In this document: positions 38,561-51,900 of the stretch, in pieces
How the letters are laid out: the number at the start of each line of letters is the position of its first letter
Numbering within the stretch: the first letter of the stretch is position 1
From: Nageia nagi
Lineage: Eukaryota; Plantae; Pinophyta
Reading direction: 5' to 3'
Assembly (NCBI GenBank): GCA_050084985.1
Contig: JBITNC010000001.1
Location: forward strand, 147,312,001 to 147,376,000
Length of the DNA stretch: 64,000 bases
Notes under the pieces: model-generated
What the model was told of the DNA's origin: nothing
Database searches by the model: none
What the model saw: the letters and a program-made list of their open reading frames with translations, nothing else
Program-made: the position numbers and the translations under genes

Positions 38561-41500
38561 AATAACTAAAAACCAAGAGAGAGAGTACCCAAGCTTAAGA
38601 GGAAATAATTCTTTCCTCCACAAGACTCTAAACAAAATTCTTGGGAGGAATGGAAGAATGCTTATCCCTTTAAAAATTTTCAATATTTATAGGCCAAATG
38701 GGACTAATACTTCCAAGAAAAGAACTATTGTTCCACCTCATCACATTTACATGTAAAGGTGGAGATGTTGATATTTTTGTAACAGTTTTGAGAAATCAGC
38801 AAGACTTTATTTCAAATCATTAGCACCTACCTTCAAATAATAAATTGGGTGGGGTTATGAAGTCAATTATTTTGGAGGTACTAAAGTAGTCTAATTATGA
38901 AGAAAAGATAAATGTTATTTTTATCTTTAAGTTAAATTTTATTAATTATTACCAATGTCTTTAGTTAAAGTTTGAATTTCAATCAATAGAATATTCCTTG
39001 TAGGTAAAAAATAAACTTTTAAAAATGCATATTAATCTTTTAAACACACATTTATTACCTACATCGATCCCTTCATCTTGCAACATAAATTTATTAGCAC
39101 ACATTCTCATCCACACATAAATACATTTTCGAAAAAATAGTTTTAATATGCATTTATATGATTTACGAAGGGTCCTTATGAGTTTTTCAACAATTCAATG
39201 CAAATCATTTCTTCACTCTTATCAATTTGTTTCCTTAACCACTCATCTTAGTTCCCTAGGATCTCTATCCTAGTTCCTTTGATAGATCGACCTGTTACTT
39301 GTATCGTAAACAATCTCAAAATCAACATCACATTAATACAAGGAATACCTATTTACATTTATCATCACATAGCAATAAGTTTAAACATAGTTTCATTTAC
39401 ATCCTTGATAGTACTCAAGGTCGATTAGTGCCATTGGGTGGGTCGTTACATGATGCTTGAAAAAAGCATGTTGGATGACTAAGTGAGGGGGAGATAAAAA
39501 TTTGAAACTATTAGAGAAGTTATAGATGATAAATAACCAACAATAGATACCTTTGGGAGAGGGTTTCTTCTAAATAAAGGAAAGAAATGAGATTTCTATA
39601 GAAGATATTATATTGCAATGTTGTGTCTATGGTAGCTGAATTACTTTGGAATAGTTTATGTATAGAATTGGGTCCAAGTTATGGATTCCATATAGGTTAT
39701 TAAATTTACATCCTATTTTGTACAAATTAAACATTGGCACAATGTTTATGATATTGTTTTAAATTTATTGTTATAGGTTTTGGGTACTTGTATAAAACAC
39801 CCGCTTAATCTACCAAATGACCATTTTTTATCCCGATAAAAAAATTATAGATATTATATCTTAATTATTATTATAACTAGAATTATTTTAAGGATATAAT
39901 TAGTATTACGTATTCTTCTATAATTATCATTATTATATCATATTCTTGGGAGTGCTAGTTCTCAACCCTTTCTATATCTTGAATAGTTACAAAAGGAGGA
40001 TCATGGAATGATAATCCCTATCAAATATCTTTAATAGGTGGTTGAAAATACGACATATTTCCATCATGGATTTCTCTTTGTGCCACTTATCTAACAATTT
40101 ATTACACTTTGATCTCTTTACTACTTTATATCTTATGCACATTATCTAACATTGAAATAAGGATATCATTAATAGGTTACATCAATTATTCTCATGATGT
40201 TGGTATGATCATTCTTAGGTAAATGAACTAGTAAATCTAACAACAAGAAAGAATTGATCCAAGCATTAGACATGTAGATGTCACTCCCTTTAAATTTGAT
40301 ATGATCCAAAGTTATTCCCAAGTATATCTTTAGACTATTTGTATTATCTTAAGTATACTCATTATTGATTATATTCCATAGATCATGAATTTTATTTCAA
40401 TTTGTGAATAATCTTTAATTGTGTTTATTTGTTCATCATAAATAATTATTTTTTGTCTACACTAATATAGCATAGACATTTTAGGGTCAAAGGGTTGAAA
40501 ATATTTAAGTAAATACATGTTATCAAATCATCATATTATAAGAATTATATATATATATATATATAATCAATTTTTTTATAGTATCTACTTGTACACCTCT
40601 ATGATAAATATCATTTCTTTCTAAATAAATTTCTAATAATATAAAATCATAGTAATCTAAGTTTCTTTAGTTTTGCTCAATGCAAATTATCCTTACATGA
40701 GATCACTATTAATACCCAAATTAAATTTTTCATAATTAAATTTTTTATTTTTTCTTATAAAATTTAGCAAGAAAGGATTGAGAATATTTCAAACAATGAT
40801 TTTTTTTAATTAAAAGTAAATTTTATATTAATAAAAAAAATCTGTAATTTTAAAAAGTTCTTCAAGAAATTTTACATAAATTCTTAGATAACAGGTAAAA
40901 CTATTAACTTTTTCAAAGATACTGCAATCTTCCTATTTATATTCATCATAATATTAAATATTCATGTTTTTCCCTTTCTACTATCTAATAATTGACTTAA
41001 TTACAATCAATTCTTTCTAACAAGGTTTCCCATCGTTCAAATTTTCTAATTTCCTAGACATAACAGAGAAAACAACTAAGATTACTAGGAAATACTTTAA
41101 AGCAATTAAGCATTAAAGTCTTCAGATAAAAATCGTATGGTAGAAGTGTTCTCCAGCGCCATAGGTACATTACTCCAACTGTGAATGGCTCTAACTCCAG
41201 TAATCTTCAATTTGAATATATTCCTTTAGTTCCATTCCGCTCTTTTTCTCCGGATTTATGTATGAGTATTTAGGAGATCAAATAATGAATTATTAAAGGT
41301 ATATATATATATTTGAATTTCTTTTATACATGTGTACTTGCCGTTTTCACTTCAATAAATAGTTAAAGAGTTGATTTTATTTTTATGAAAAATGAAAAAG
41401 GAAATGTGTATGTTTATATCTAGCAATGATAGAAAAATAATTTTAAATATTTCATTTTCTTTTCATTAGAAAATTGAAATATAAGTAAAATATTTATTTT

Positions 41501-42599
41501 ATTATTGCTTTCACTATGAAAGAAAAACTTATAAATTACATATGTAAGATTTGTAGTGATTAAAAGAATTTATTTTCACTATAAACTTAAATAAAAGATA
41601 TGAACAAAGATATTTTAAAAAAAAATGATATATCAAAATGGTCTTGCAATAATTTTTTTATATATGATAATTAATTTTAAACTTATGATTACATGGAAAC
41701 AACAATTTTGAACTTGTGATTAGTTTACAACAACAATATATTCTCCTATTTATAGGAGAGATATGGGTGGTTATAGGGTAATGTTGAAATGCTATTGTTG
41801 TTATTCTTTCACACTCTTGTGTATTGAAAGTTATTGTACTCTTGATCAAGGTTGGCCTAATAGAAAAGAAGAGAGAGGATCTTTGGAAAAGTGGATTAAA
41901 CCAAGAAAGTGGATCAACCTTTATATATCTTATGTTATGTGGTTTGGATTGTTGTGATTTACTTGTAAATTTTAAAATTATCTCCATATACTCATGTTGA
42001 TATTTGTTTCATAATATTAACAAATGGGTATTTTGAGTTATTATTATTTTTCTACTATTTTTAACTCTATTAGAAATATCTCCTCCATAAAAACTTAATT
42101 ATAATAAATGAAAATAATTATGAGTGCAACTCAGAAATTGTTTTATTTATTTATTTATAAAATATTATCGTTATTCATCTATTGAACATTTTAATAAGTA
42201 TCTATATTATATAATAGATAATATAATTTTTTATATGATAGGTTAAATAAGAATTATTATGTTCTATAATTGTATAAATATTACTTGATAATGCATGATC
42301 TTTTATACTTTTACTCTCAAATTATATAAAATACCCCATAATTAGCTATCTTTGATGCAAATGATATGATGTATTGATGATTCATTGAGTTGTGATCTAT
42401 TTTTTCAATTAAATTTATTTACATAAGAAAATATTTTGTAAATTATCTTGACTTAGTGAAGTAATTTTAAGATATACTTTTAAAAAAGTATGGTTGAATG
42501 TATAAGTAGAAATTGATATATGTTTCTAGAAAAAAATAGATATACATATTTAAATAATAGTAATAATCAAAATATAAAGTTAGTATCATAAAAATGTTA

Positions 42600-44800
42600 G
42601 GAAGCCTTTATAAATAACAAAATAAAATTCAGAAAGGCTTACAAATATTTAGGTGGTAGTACCATGGAATTTTGTTACAATATTATTAATTATAGAAATA
42701 TGACCTAGAAATTATTATGTATTATCATACATGCTTTGTTATTTTAAAATTAGTCTATGCAAGAATGACATGAAAATTTTAGTGCTATTGTCAATAGAGG
42801 CACAAAGCACTAGTAATATTTTCTTTATAAAATATAAATGAAAAATCTTAGAACCTACGTTAAATTCCACACCATACTCTTATCATAAATTAAGATTGAA
42901 ATTTTAATATTCTATAAAGCAATGCCCTCTACATAACTTTTAATATTCATGTCTTTCATGTAAGGTGCATGTTTTTGATAGTAAACTAAAGAAATTAAAA
43001 GAAGGCATTGATATGCACCTTACCACTTATTGTTATAAATATGGATAATTTTCTTTCACAAATAACACATATTATATAGTTGCTTCCCATTTGATTATCA
43101 AATTTTATTTGTACAAAATTTAGAAAATTGTAAAATACTTTAGTTACTATAAGGTATTAATATTCATTATATTTATTCCTTAAAAAATGGTTGCAAGAAT
43201 GGAGTTCACTTGATCTTGTTCAAGAACATCTAACAATATCTTCTCATAAACATACTTGAGAATAATTTATCCATGAATATCCATGCTTGATTTTAAATTT
43301 TATACATTTTATATCTTGTGATGCTTATTTAAAAGGATCTAAAACTAGTCAATTAGATTTTATAAAAATACTTGAGAGCCTCACAACTATTCCTACTCTA
43401 TGTATATTCTTTAATCATACATTCCTACATTCCTTGGGATACTATCGATTATCTAAATATAATATGAATATTGATTGGTGTTATCATGCATTTTATATTA
43501 TATCAAAAGCATGTTATGTTAAGATAATGTAAATATATTACAATGATATTGTTAAATATGGAAATGCAACCAAAACATTGTTTAATATTATCATATATTG
43601 AATATTATTTTGAACTTAACCTATGCAAGAATGAAATAAATATTACATTCATATTATAATGTAAGTACATATTGTATTATTGCAATGTTTATGTGCTTAG
43701 ACTATACATGCATATTGTTGGGTACTATCATTAATATTATATTACTTTGAACTTAGGCTACGTAAGTAATACATGAACATTTCAATTATAATATCATGTA
43801 AACTAAAACTATATTATCCAAGTTATTCATATTGCAAGGATATTATCTTCTTACACTATGTTATTAAGGAATGAAATAAATATTATAATAATATAGGTAT
43901 ATTACACAAAACATACTATAAAAATATGATATGGGAATATTCTAGTGGTATTACCATGGAAGTTTTGTAAATATGAGAGTATATGTGCATAAATTTATAT
44001 TATTATATCATGTACTTACATAAAATAAAAATCATTTTATCAAATTATTCTATGGATTTTTTAACTATTTATATTGATAGTTCCTACTTATGCAAGAATA
44101 TGATATACAATGTACTAATATTGAACAAGGAACTAGGAATACATTTCAAAGACATAATCATAATGTATTAAATTTATATGATAGAATATGCAAGAATGTA
44201 TATCCTAGAAACAATCCTATTACATAAGCATAATAAAGTTCCTCTTTCCATAGGCAAATTTCAAAGTCCATCTTAGACCTAGTCTTCTCTATATTTTATC
44301 AAAGTCTAGAAAAATAAAGTTATAAGTATAGGGAATGCTTACTTTGTAAAATAAAAATGGTAAATATTATAATGTATATTATCTCTTCATCATAAATTAA
44401 TCTCCAAAATATAATAGCCTACAAATATATATTTTATACATCACTTTTAATTTCTTTTTGTGATTCCAAAGATGTATTTAATTTAAGGTGCAAATTTATC
44501 ATTAAACTTTGAATAAGTTTAAACAAGTTATTCAAATGCACCTTTCATTATGTAGGTATATAATGATAATCTTTTTTAAAGTAGTATGCATTATGTAGTT
44601 AATTTTTAATTTATTCTAAATAATTTCTTTATGAAAAATCAAGAACATTATACAATATTTTAGTTTCTATAAGGCATACATAAACATTTCCATCAATTGT
44701 ATTTATTCCTTGAACAAAGATTGTAAGAATGGGTCTCACTTTATTATATACAATAATATCAAAAATATCTCTTAATATACATACCCAATCATTTTAATAT
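42600..44800. repeat. Old ~1.3-1.5 kb tandem duplication with an internal recurring motif
   Basis: gtggtagtaccatggaattttgtt (~42653) / gtggtattaccatggaagttttgt (~43945); atactttagttactataagg...tatttattcctt...gcaagaatgg (~43135-43205) / atattttagtttctataagg...tatttattcctt...gtaagaatgg (~44655-44735). The motif tatgcaagaat recurs at ~42756, 43622, 44089 and 44187. Confidence 0.65.
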
Positions 44801-46559
44801 TTTCTTGATTTAATGTATGAGATTTCTTTGTGTGATGATCACCCATATTTATGAATAGCACATCCACTAATTCTTACCATTCTTGATGGGGAATTTCAAT
44901 TACTATTATATTGATAATAACTTATGAAGACGCATATCTATTATTTTGCAATATATAAGGGTATCTATAAAATAGCATTATTTAATTATACCTTCATTGT
45001 TTTATTAAGATAAATACATCACTTAAGAAAGATATTGTGGCATATTAAAAGTACAATGGATATACAAGCTAGGAGTTATGAGAGTAGGTATCCTAAGTAT
45101 GAGGTTGTCCAATTATATTAAAGAAGATAACTTGGTAAAATAAAATAAAATTAAAAAATAAAAGAAAGATTATTTATTTTATCAAGGTATATGATTAATA
45201 ATATATTCATGCATGTATGTTGTATTGTATTACAATAAGGGTTTATTATATTAAATAAAAGTTAGATATGAAATTGAGTTTCATGTTTGAATATTAATCC
45301 TAGTTATTAGAATTAATAGTATTCAATTTACATATACGGATAGTTATGTATCTAATGAATGTATCAAAATACCCTCTCACCTCATATTTGATGGCTGAAA
45401 TGGGTAAGAATAAGAATATTTAAGAATATAGTTGTTATATAAAGGGCTTAGGTTGTCTATTACTCCATTCCTATGAAAAATATCCTATAGTGAATAAAAG
45501 AAAGATTTTAAATGAGAAAACTTTTAGATGTTATTTTTATCAATACATTTTATAAGATCAAAGACTAAATCATTCAATAATTTTGTAAATGTAAGTTATA
45601 TGAGGAATTAGCTAGATTTTTTGATATATAAAGAATTTTATCAAATAAAATCCTTATCATCTTAATGCTCTTACGAATGTTTGGTTTTAGTATGATATTT
45701 GGCTAATCAATGGATATAATTTTAGATTTTGGATTTTCTATTTGGCTACTATATTGTTCCTTCATTCCTTCTTTTTATATTTATGAAGATGAATATATTT
45801 TTAAAAGATGCATTTTTTAATAAATCCTAAAATTTATTATAGAAATATTTCTTTTCAATATCAAGATGAAATAATGCCATTCTGTTACCCAACAATATCT
45901 TGTTAATACACAAAATGTAGCTCATATAATCTATCTTATATTTTATAAAATATATTTTTCCCAAATAATACCTAACCGATCTATTCTATATTTTTGAATA
46001 TATATCATGTGTTTACAAAAATATCTAACAAATATTCTTCTAGTAGTTTTTGTATTCAATCTTTCATTCATACATTTCTTATACATCATTAGTAGTATGT
46101 AAGTATAAAACACCAAAATATAAAATCCTCATATATCAATGAATGATCTCTAACAATCACTAGCATCGTCATACCACTCCAAATGTTTGAGAATAAGTAT
46201 CCTAAATTAAATGGTATATTACAATTTTTTTACAATATCTATGTTAACATGTTTCTCAAATGCCATATAATTCCACCATCATCTCAAAGAATGAACTCAA
46301 GAGTGTCTTGGTCAAAAGTATTGCTGAATTTACTACATATTTTTCCAACATCTTTTGTACTATTTCAACACCATATTCCATCATCATATATTAAGTAAAA
46401 GGAGTATCTTATAAACAATTTGGTCAAGGATACTAATTTTATCTTTAATAGCCTAAATATTAACATATATTTAAAATTAAAGATGACATGAACAAAGGAA
46501 GTAGAGAATCAAAATGCTTTGCAAATTGATTTGCATGGGAAAAAATATTAATCTTTTGT

Positions 46560-49500
46560 ATTGAGCCATGAAGCCCAACTCTAGGGTGCCCAAGACCCTC
46601 AACCAAAGCCCTCCTTAAGAGATGTAGTCTTCTCTAAACATTTATCTCACCAAAGAGGTCCTACCTTCAAACCAACATTCAGTCATATATTTTTCTAGCT
46701 AACAAACCCTAAAAAGAATGAGTAAGGGTGTCTTTGTGTGATAAAGGAAATACCCAAGTAGAAATTTAGAGTAAGAATATTAACAATGGTATTGAAATCC
46801 TACAAAACCAAGGACTCATTTTTCATTTTTTGGGCTCCTGGATTCATCCCAATGCCATTGAAATATGGGTTAGCTGGACATGGGAAATAAAGGGCCAAGT
46901 CACCATGAGCCACTATTCAAATGTCTATTTCTTAGTGGTGTATACTACTAAAGAGGAAAAACATGGAGTATAGCATTACAGGTGATGGTTTTTTGGAATA
47001 TCTTTCTTCTTCATGAAACTATGGCAACCCAAATTCAAACCTAGCATGGAAGAATCGATGGAACTCCTATTTGGGTTCTTCTACCAAATCTCCTTAGAGA
47101 ACTATGGAAAGAAGAGGTGTTTGAAGCCATAAGAGGCTCCATTGGCATATACCAATGTACTTATAACAACACTCAAGAGGTATGGTCCCTCTCTTATGCT
47201 CACATATGTGTTAATGTTGACCTCAAAACCACTCTTACCATTAAGATCTGCATCAACCTCATAGATGATGGTCTAGTGTATGAATAGATGCTTGATTATG
47301 AGAATATACCCTTTATATGTAGGGTTTGTTTTGAATATGATCACCTATTTAGATCTTTCCCTTATGTAAAACCTGATCCCTTAGTCTAATTAGAGCCTAA
47401 ACTATTAGTAGATGGGTTCCAACAATAAAGATATAAAAAAATCATGGGAAAACCTTAGATCCACTAGGTGAAAAATGCCCTCACCTTATTCAATCATCAA
47501 AACCTAAATAGATGCCCTCTAATCCCAACAAATTTATGATATTGAACTAAAATGACTACATATAATACCATATCGATAGCCCAACTAAGGAAAATAATAG
47601 AATGAAAAATATTCCCCACCTTACTTCCTCAAATAACAAGCATTTATTCTCACCTGTCTCATCCATAGAAAAAAGTAATCACCAATACAAAAAACCACCC
47701 CTATAGTGAAGTCCCCACACTAGTAGAGGAGTCACCATTGTAAGAGATGGATACTAATATGCTAGAAGATAATCCAAAATCATCACCCCCTACTATAGAG
47801 GGCCAAACCTCCATAGACATCTCACACAAATTAAATCAAATACTAGGATTTAATGGAAAAACTATCAAATAAAGTACAAACTCACTAAAAACCTTCAATG
47901 CAGAGAGAAACTACATCAAATAGCTAGAGAAGGGATTGATGATGGCTCCCAGCCTCTATTGGAGGAAATTCTTGATCCAAAAAGATAGCCCATAAATGAT
48001 CATTTCATCATGGAACACATAGGGTATCCATTAACTCGATAAAATTAGAATGGTAAAGTCCTTGATTCAAGAAGAACAACCTTATATTTTATTCATTCAA
48101 GAAACTCAAACTTTAGCAATAGTGGTTGATAAATGTAAACGTAAATTTTGGCATAGAAGTTCCCTTTTCTATAGGGACTTTGAAGGTAAATTTGGAGGTC
48201 ATGCTTTCCTTTGGGATAATTCAAAACTAACTACCTGGATGGAAATATCAGCTAGACACATAGAAACAAGACTCCAGTTTAGTCTTATTAATATTTATGC
48301 CCCATAAGATCCAAATCAAAAGCTAGAGTGTTGGAACCAACTAAAATATTGGTTAACTTTGTATGAGGAGCTCCCATGCGTAATTGGTGGAGACTTCAAT
48401 GCTATCCATAATTTGATGGAGAAATAAGGTGGCTCTAAGAAACTCAAGAAAAGTGATGAGGAGTTCAATAATTTCATTAAATTCAACCATTTGTTTTAAC
48501 CCTTTTGCAAATGGGGATAATTTACATGGTCTAACAAAAGATCCCAAGACTTCAAAGTTCTTAATAAAGTGGATAGATTCCTCTTCACATATCACTGGTC
48601 TTCCCAAGGTATTCTCATCCAAACCAAAATTATTCCAAAAGGAGGGTTAGATCATATACCCATTGCAGCCTCAATCAAACTTCCTACTCAACCTAGAGGA
48701 TCACATTTTAGATTTGAGTGCATGTGGCTCAATCATGAATCATTTTCTACAATGATTTAGGGATGGTGGAGAGAAGAATCTCATGTGTATGGAACACACA
48801 TGTCTAGATTTGTACATATGCTAAATAAACTAAAATTCAAATTGAAATAATGGAATATATCTTCATTTGGCCACCTAAAGGAGACAAAGTAGATTTTGAA
48901 AAATGAACTATAGATTATTGAGGAGCACCTCCAACATGAGCAAGATACTCCCCTTTTGGACTAAGAGAAATACTTGCTCAATAAATTAAATGAAATTTTC
49001 CTACAAGAGGATATTTTTTGGTAGAATAAGTCTCAGTTGTAATGGCTAAGTGAAGGAGATAAAAATACTAAATATTTCCATGCTACCACCATGGCCCATA
49101 GAAGCACAAACAAGATCACTAAACTCAAGGAATCTAGTGGCAAATTCATTTCTTCCCCAAATGACTTAGAAAGCCACATAGTGGAATTCTTTAAAGATTT
49201 GCTCACAGAGGAGAATTTAGCCAAGAAAAATGCACAAGATTATTTACTCCAGTTCATCCCACCCATTGTCTCACCTAGCTAAAATACCTCTCTAACTTAA
49301 CCCATTTCTAAAGTATAAGTGCACATAAAGGTCAATCACATAAGAAGCTTTAGAGCCCTCAATCCATATGGATTCCCTCCTAAACCAATTTTTTAGTACC
49401 TATTGAAGGAGGAAGTGGTTGCAGTGGTTAGAAAATCCTTTATGTATAAATAGGTCTTGGGAATGTTAAATCATAACTTTCTTGCTCTTATTCCTAAAGC

Positions 49501-51900
49501 AAAAGATGCAAACTCAATTGAAGCCTTCTTCCCAATATCTCTTTGCAATTATATTTATAAATTCATCTCTAAAGTGGCTGCTAATAGACTTAAATCTATC
49601 ATCCCATCACTCATTTCTGATGAACTAAAAGTTTTTGGTAGACTTTATCAACTAATGGATGTAGCCATCCTCATCCATGAGTTAATTCATTCTCTTAACA
49701 AGCATAATAGTAGAGGCTTGTTGATCAAAATTGACATGCAAAAGGCTTTCAATAGAGTGAATCGGGGATTCCTACTACACATGTTAGAAAAGTTTAGCTT
49801 TTCTCCATCTTGGGCTCAATGGATGTTTGGCCTCATTGTAAATCCCTCTTTCTCTATCCTCCTTAATGGTTGTGCAAAAGCATACTTTAGAAGTTCCCAA
49901 GAGCTTTGATAAGGTGATTCTCTATCTCCCTATCTCTTCATACTTATTGAGGAGGCCCTAGGTCATGGTCTAAATCATCTTTTTATTACAAGCAAAATTA
50001 AAGGCCTTCAAATTAGTTCTTCTTGCCCCCTTATGACTCACTCATAATTTGCAAATGATACCCTCCTCTATGTATACCCCTCAATTCAAGAGATCCATAT
50101 GATTAAGAATTTTATTAATACCTATGAGGTGGCTTTAGGAAAAGAAATTAATTACCAAAAATCCAAACTTTATGGGATCAATATCACACTAATACTATTG
50201 AATAAGTCATCCCACCTCCTAGGTATATCTTTAGACTCCCTACCAAACTCTTACATGGGTCTTCCTTTATTTCAAGGAGGAGATGTTGGTGATTTTTTGT
50301 CCAAGCTCAAATCCAAGTTATCTTCCAAAGTTGCAAGTTGGTCCTCTAAGTGCCTATCCTTGGTTGGGAGATTTGTAAAGATCAAATCTATCCTGAGTGC
50401 TCTACATATCTTTTGGCTTGGTATCTTGGTATCTTCTAGCTCCCTTCTAAGATTCTACAAGAAATAGAATGTATCATGCGAGACTTTCTTTGGAATGGAA
50501 ATTTTGAAACCAAGAAGATTCACTTAATTGAATGGAATATTATTTACTCAAATAATAAGAATAGGGTTCTAGACATCAAAAATCTCCATCTCTTCAACAT
50601 AGCCCTCTTAGGAAAATTGTTAATGAGAATTTGGAATCTAATAGTCCACATTCTAAATATTTGAACTCTAATAGTCCTGAATGCATTTTCATAGTTGAGG
50701 ACTCTCCCATTAGCTCTTTTATTTGGAATGGTCTTAGAAAGGCAAGATCCCATGTTGTTAAGCACCTAAAATAGGTCATAGGCATAAGGGAAAAGGTAGA
50801 TTTCTAGGAGAACACTTGGCTAATTGATATTCCTCTTTTAACAATTAGAAAGTTAAACTCAATGCAAAACCTACTTACTCGTTATTGGGGAGAGTGAGTA
50901 GATGGCTATTGGCATTGGGCAAATTCAAGGGATGGAAGAAACAAGGTTTGGCATAGCTTGATTCTTTCCCCTCATGATCTAAGGCATGAAGAATCTAAAT
51001 TGGAATCAATCCTTCTTCCATTAAAAATCAAACCATAGGGTAATGATCACCTAGAATGGTCTCTAACTCCTTTAGGGACCTATTTGATTCAATCCACCTT
51101 CAAAGCCCTATCTTCTTATGCTCTACCTATTTACCCCTCTTTAGTTTGGAAGTGAGTATGGAACTCAAAGGCTTGGTCAAAAGATAATTTTTTCCTATGG
51201 GATGTCATTCATGATTGGATATTCTCATGAGAGCATCTACATAAAAGGGGTTGGCCTAAAATTTCTATGTGTAATGTGTGGGTCTCATCCAAAGATGGGA
51301 AACCATCTCCTTTTGCATTGCCCTTATGCTATTAGTCTATGGCATAAACTCTTTTATGCCTTCCTCATGAATGAATCTCCTTTGAATACCAAAGAGCCAC
51401 CAATATTTGTTGGAGATCTCATTCAATCTTGGAATCCCCCCTGTCCACCCAAATTCCCCCTTCTATTCTAGTATGTTGCTCTAGTAATGTTCCTATGGAA
51501 CATATGGGTAGAAAGGAATAGTCAAATATTCAAAAGATCTCACTCTCCCAAGGATAACATTTAGTACAAGGTGGGCTTCTAACTATTAAACATCTAGAAG
51601 GCCTCTGTAAAATGCAAACTCATCACTCATAAGGAAAGAAAAATCATGGAAACATGAAATTTGACCATCCAAGCATGGACTAGAAGCTCAAAATCCCAGC
51701 AATGATTGATAAACATATGAATCTTTAACCTGGTTATCATCCTATAGTACCCATGATCCTATGTCATATTAGGGAGCCTCCTTATGAAGTTGCTTTCTAT
51801 AATGGCCAATTCATCTCTCAACTCTAGCTTGAGAAGAATCTTACATGCAAAGGAGCAAATACCAAGCTCGATGGAGCATCTTTTCTAAGCCAATTACTAG
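46560..51900 (+). mobile_element. Near full-length decayed L1-clade LINE (ORF1 + ORF2)
   Basis: ORF1 DUF4283/zinc-knuckle remnants (KLWQPKFKP, PIWVLLPNL, LDYENIPFICRVC) at ~46600-47990. ORF2 starts at 47996: MIISSWN, endonuclease FIQET / INIYAP / GGDFNA / DRFL / DHIPI, RT FLALIPK / PISLCNYIYKFISKV / KIDMQKAFNRV / GDSLSPYLF / FANDT, and C-terminal CVMCG...HLLLHC. Confidence 0.93.

Larger units (their letters stand above)
35054..39450 (-). mobile_element. Solo LTR copy D (4.4 kb), related subfamily
   Basis: Intact termini tgtaacac (35054) and ggtcgttaca (39450). TSD taatg (35049-35053) / tgatg (39451-39455). The U3 arm (~38570-39450) is homologous to A1, B and C, with TATA atatttatagg at ~38683. 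The U5 arm differs from A1/B/C. Confidence 0.88.
33700..39800 (+). mobile_element. Internally deleted L1 LINE relic (ORF1 at ~33950-34600; short ORF2-like remnants 39456-39800), interrupted by solo LTR D
   Basis: SLVCRLYGAMKNIDSVREWAKLK...WFYEK*ELFLEK**PRFNPTRVELMNTPIWIILLHLPF is a DUF4283-type ORF1. The ggagataaaaat (GDKN) remnant at ~39489 resembles 49049-49070 of the other LINE. The ORF2 part is weak. Confidence 0.7.

Noticed and set aside
46183-46398. Possible hAT dimerisation-domain remnant (YPKL...IPPSS)
   Set aside because: Motif spacing is wrong and there is no supporting transposase sequence or TIRs.
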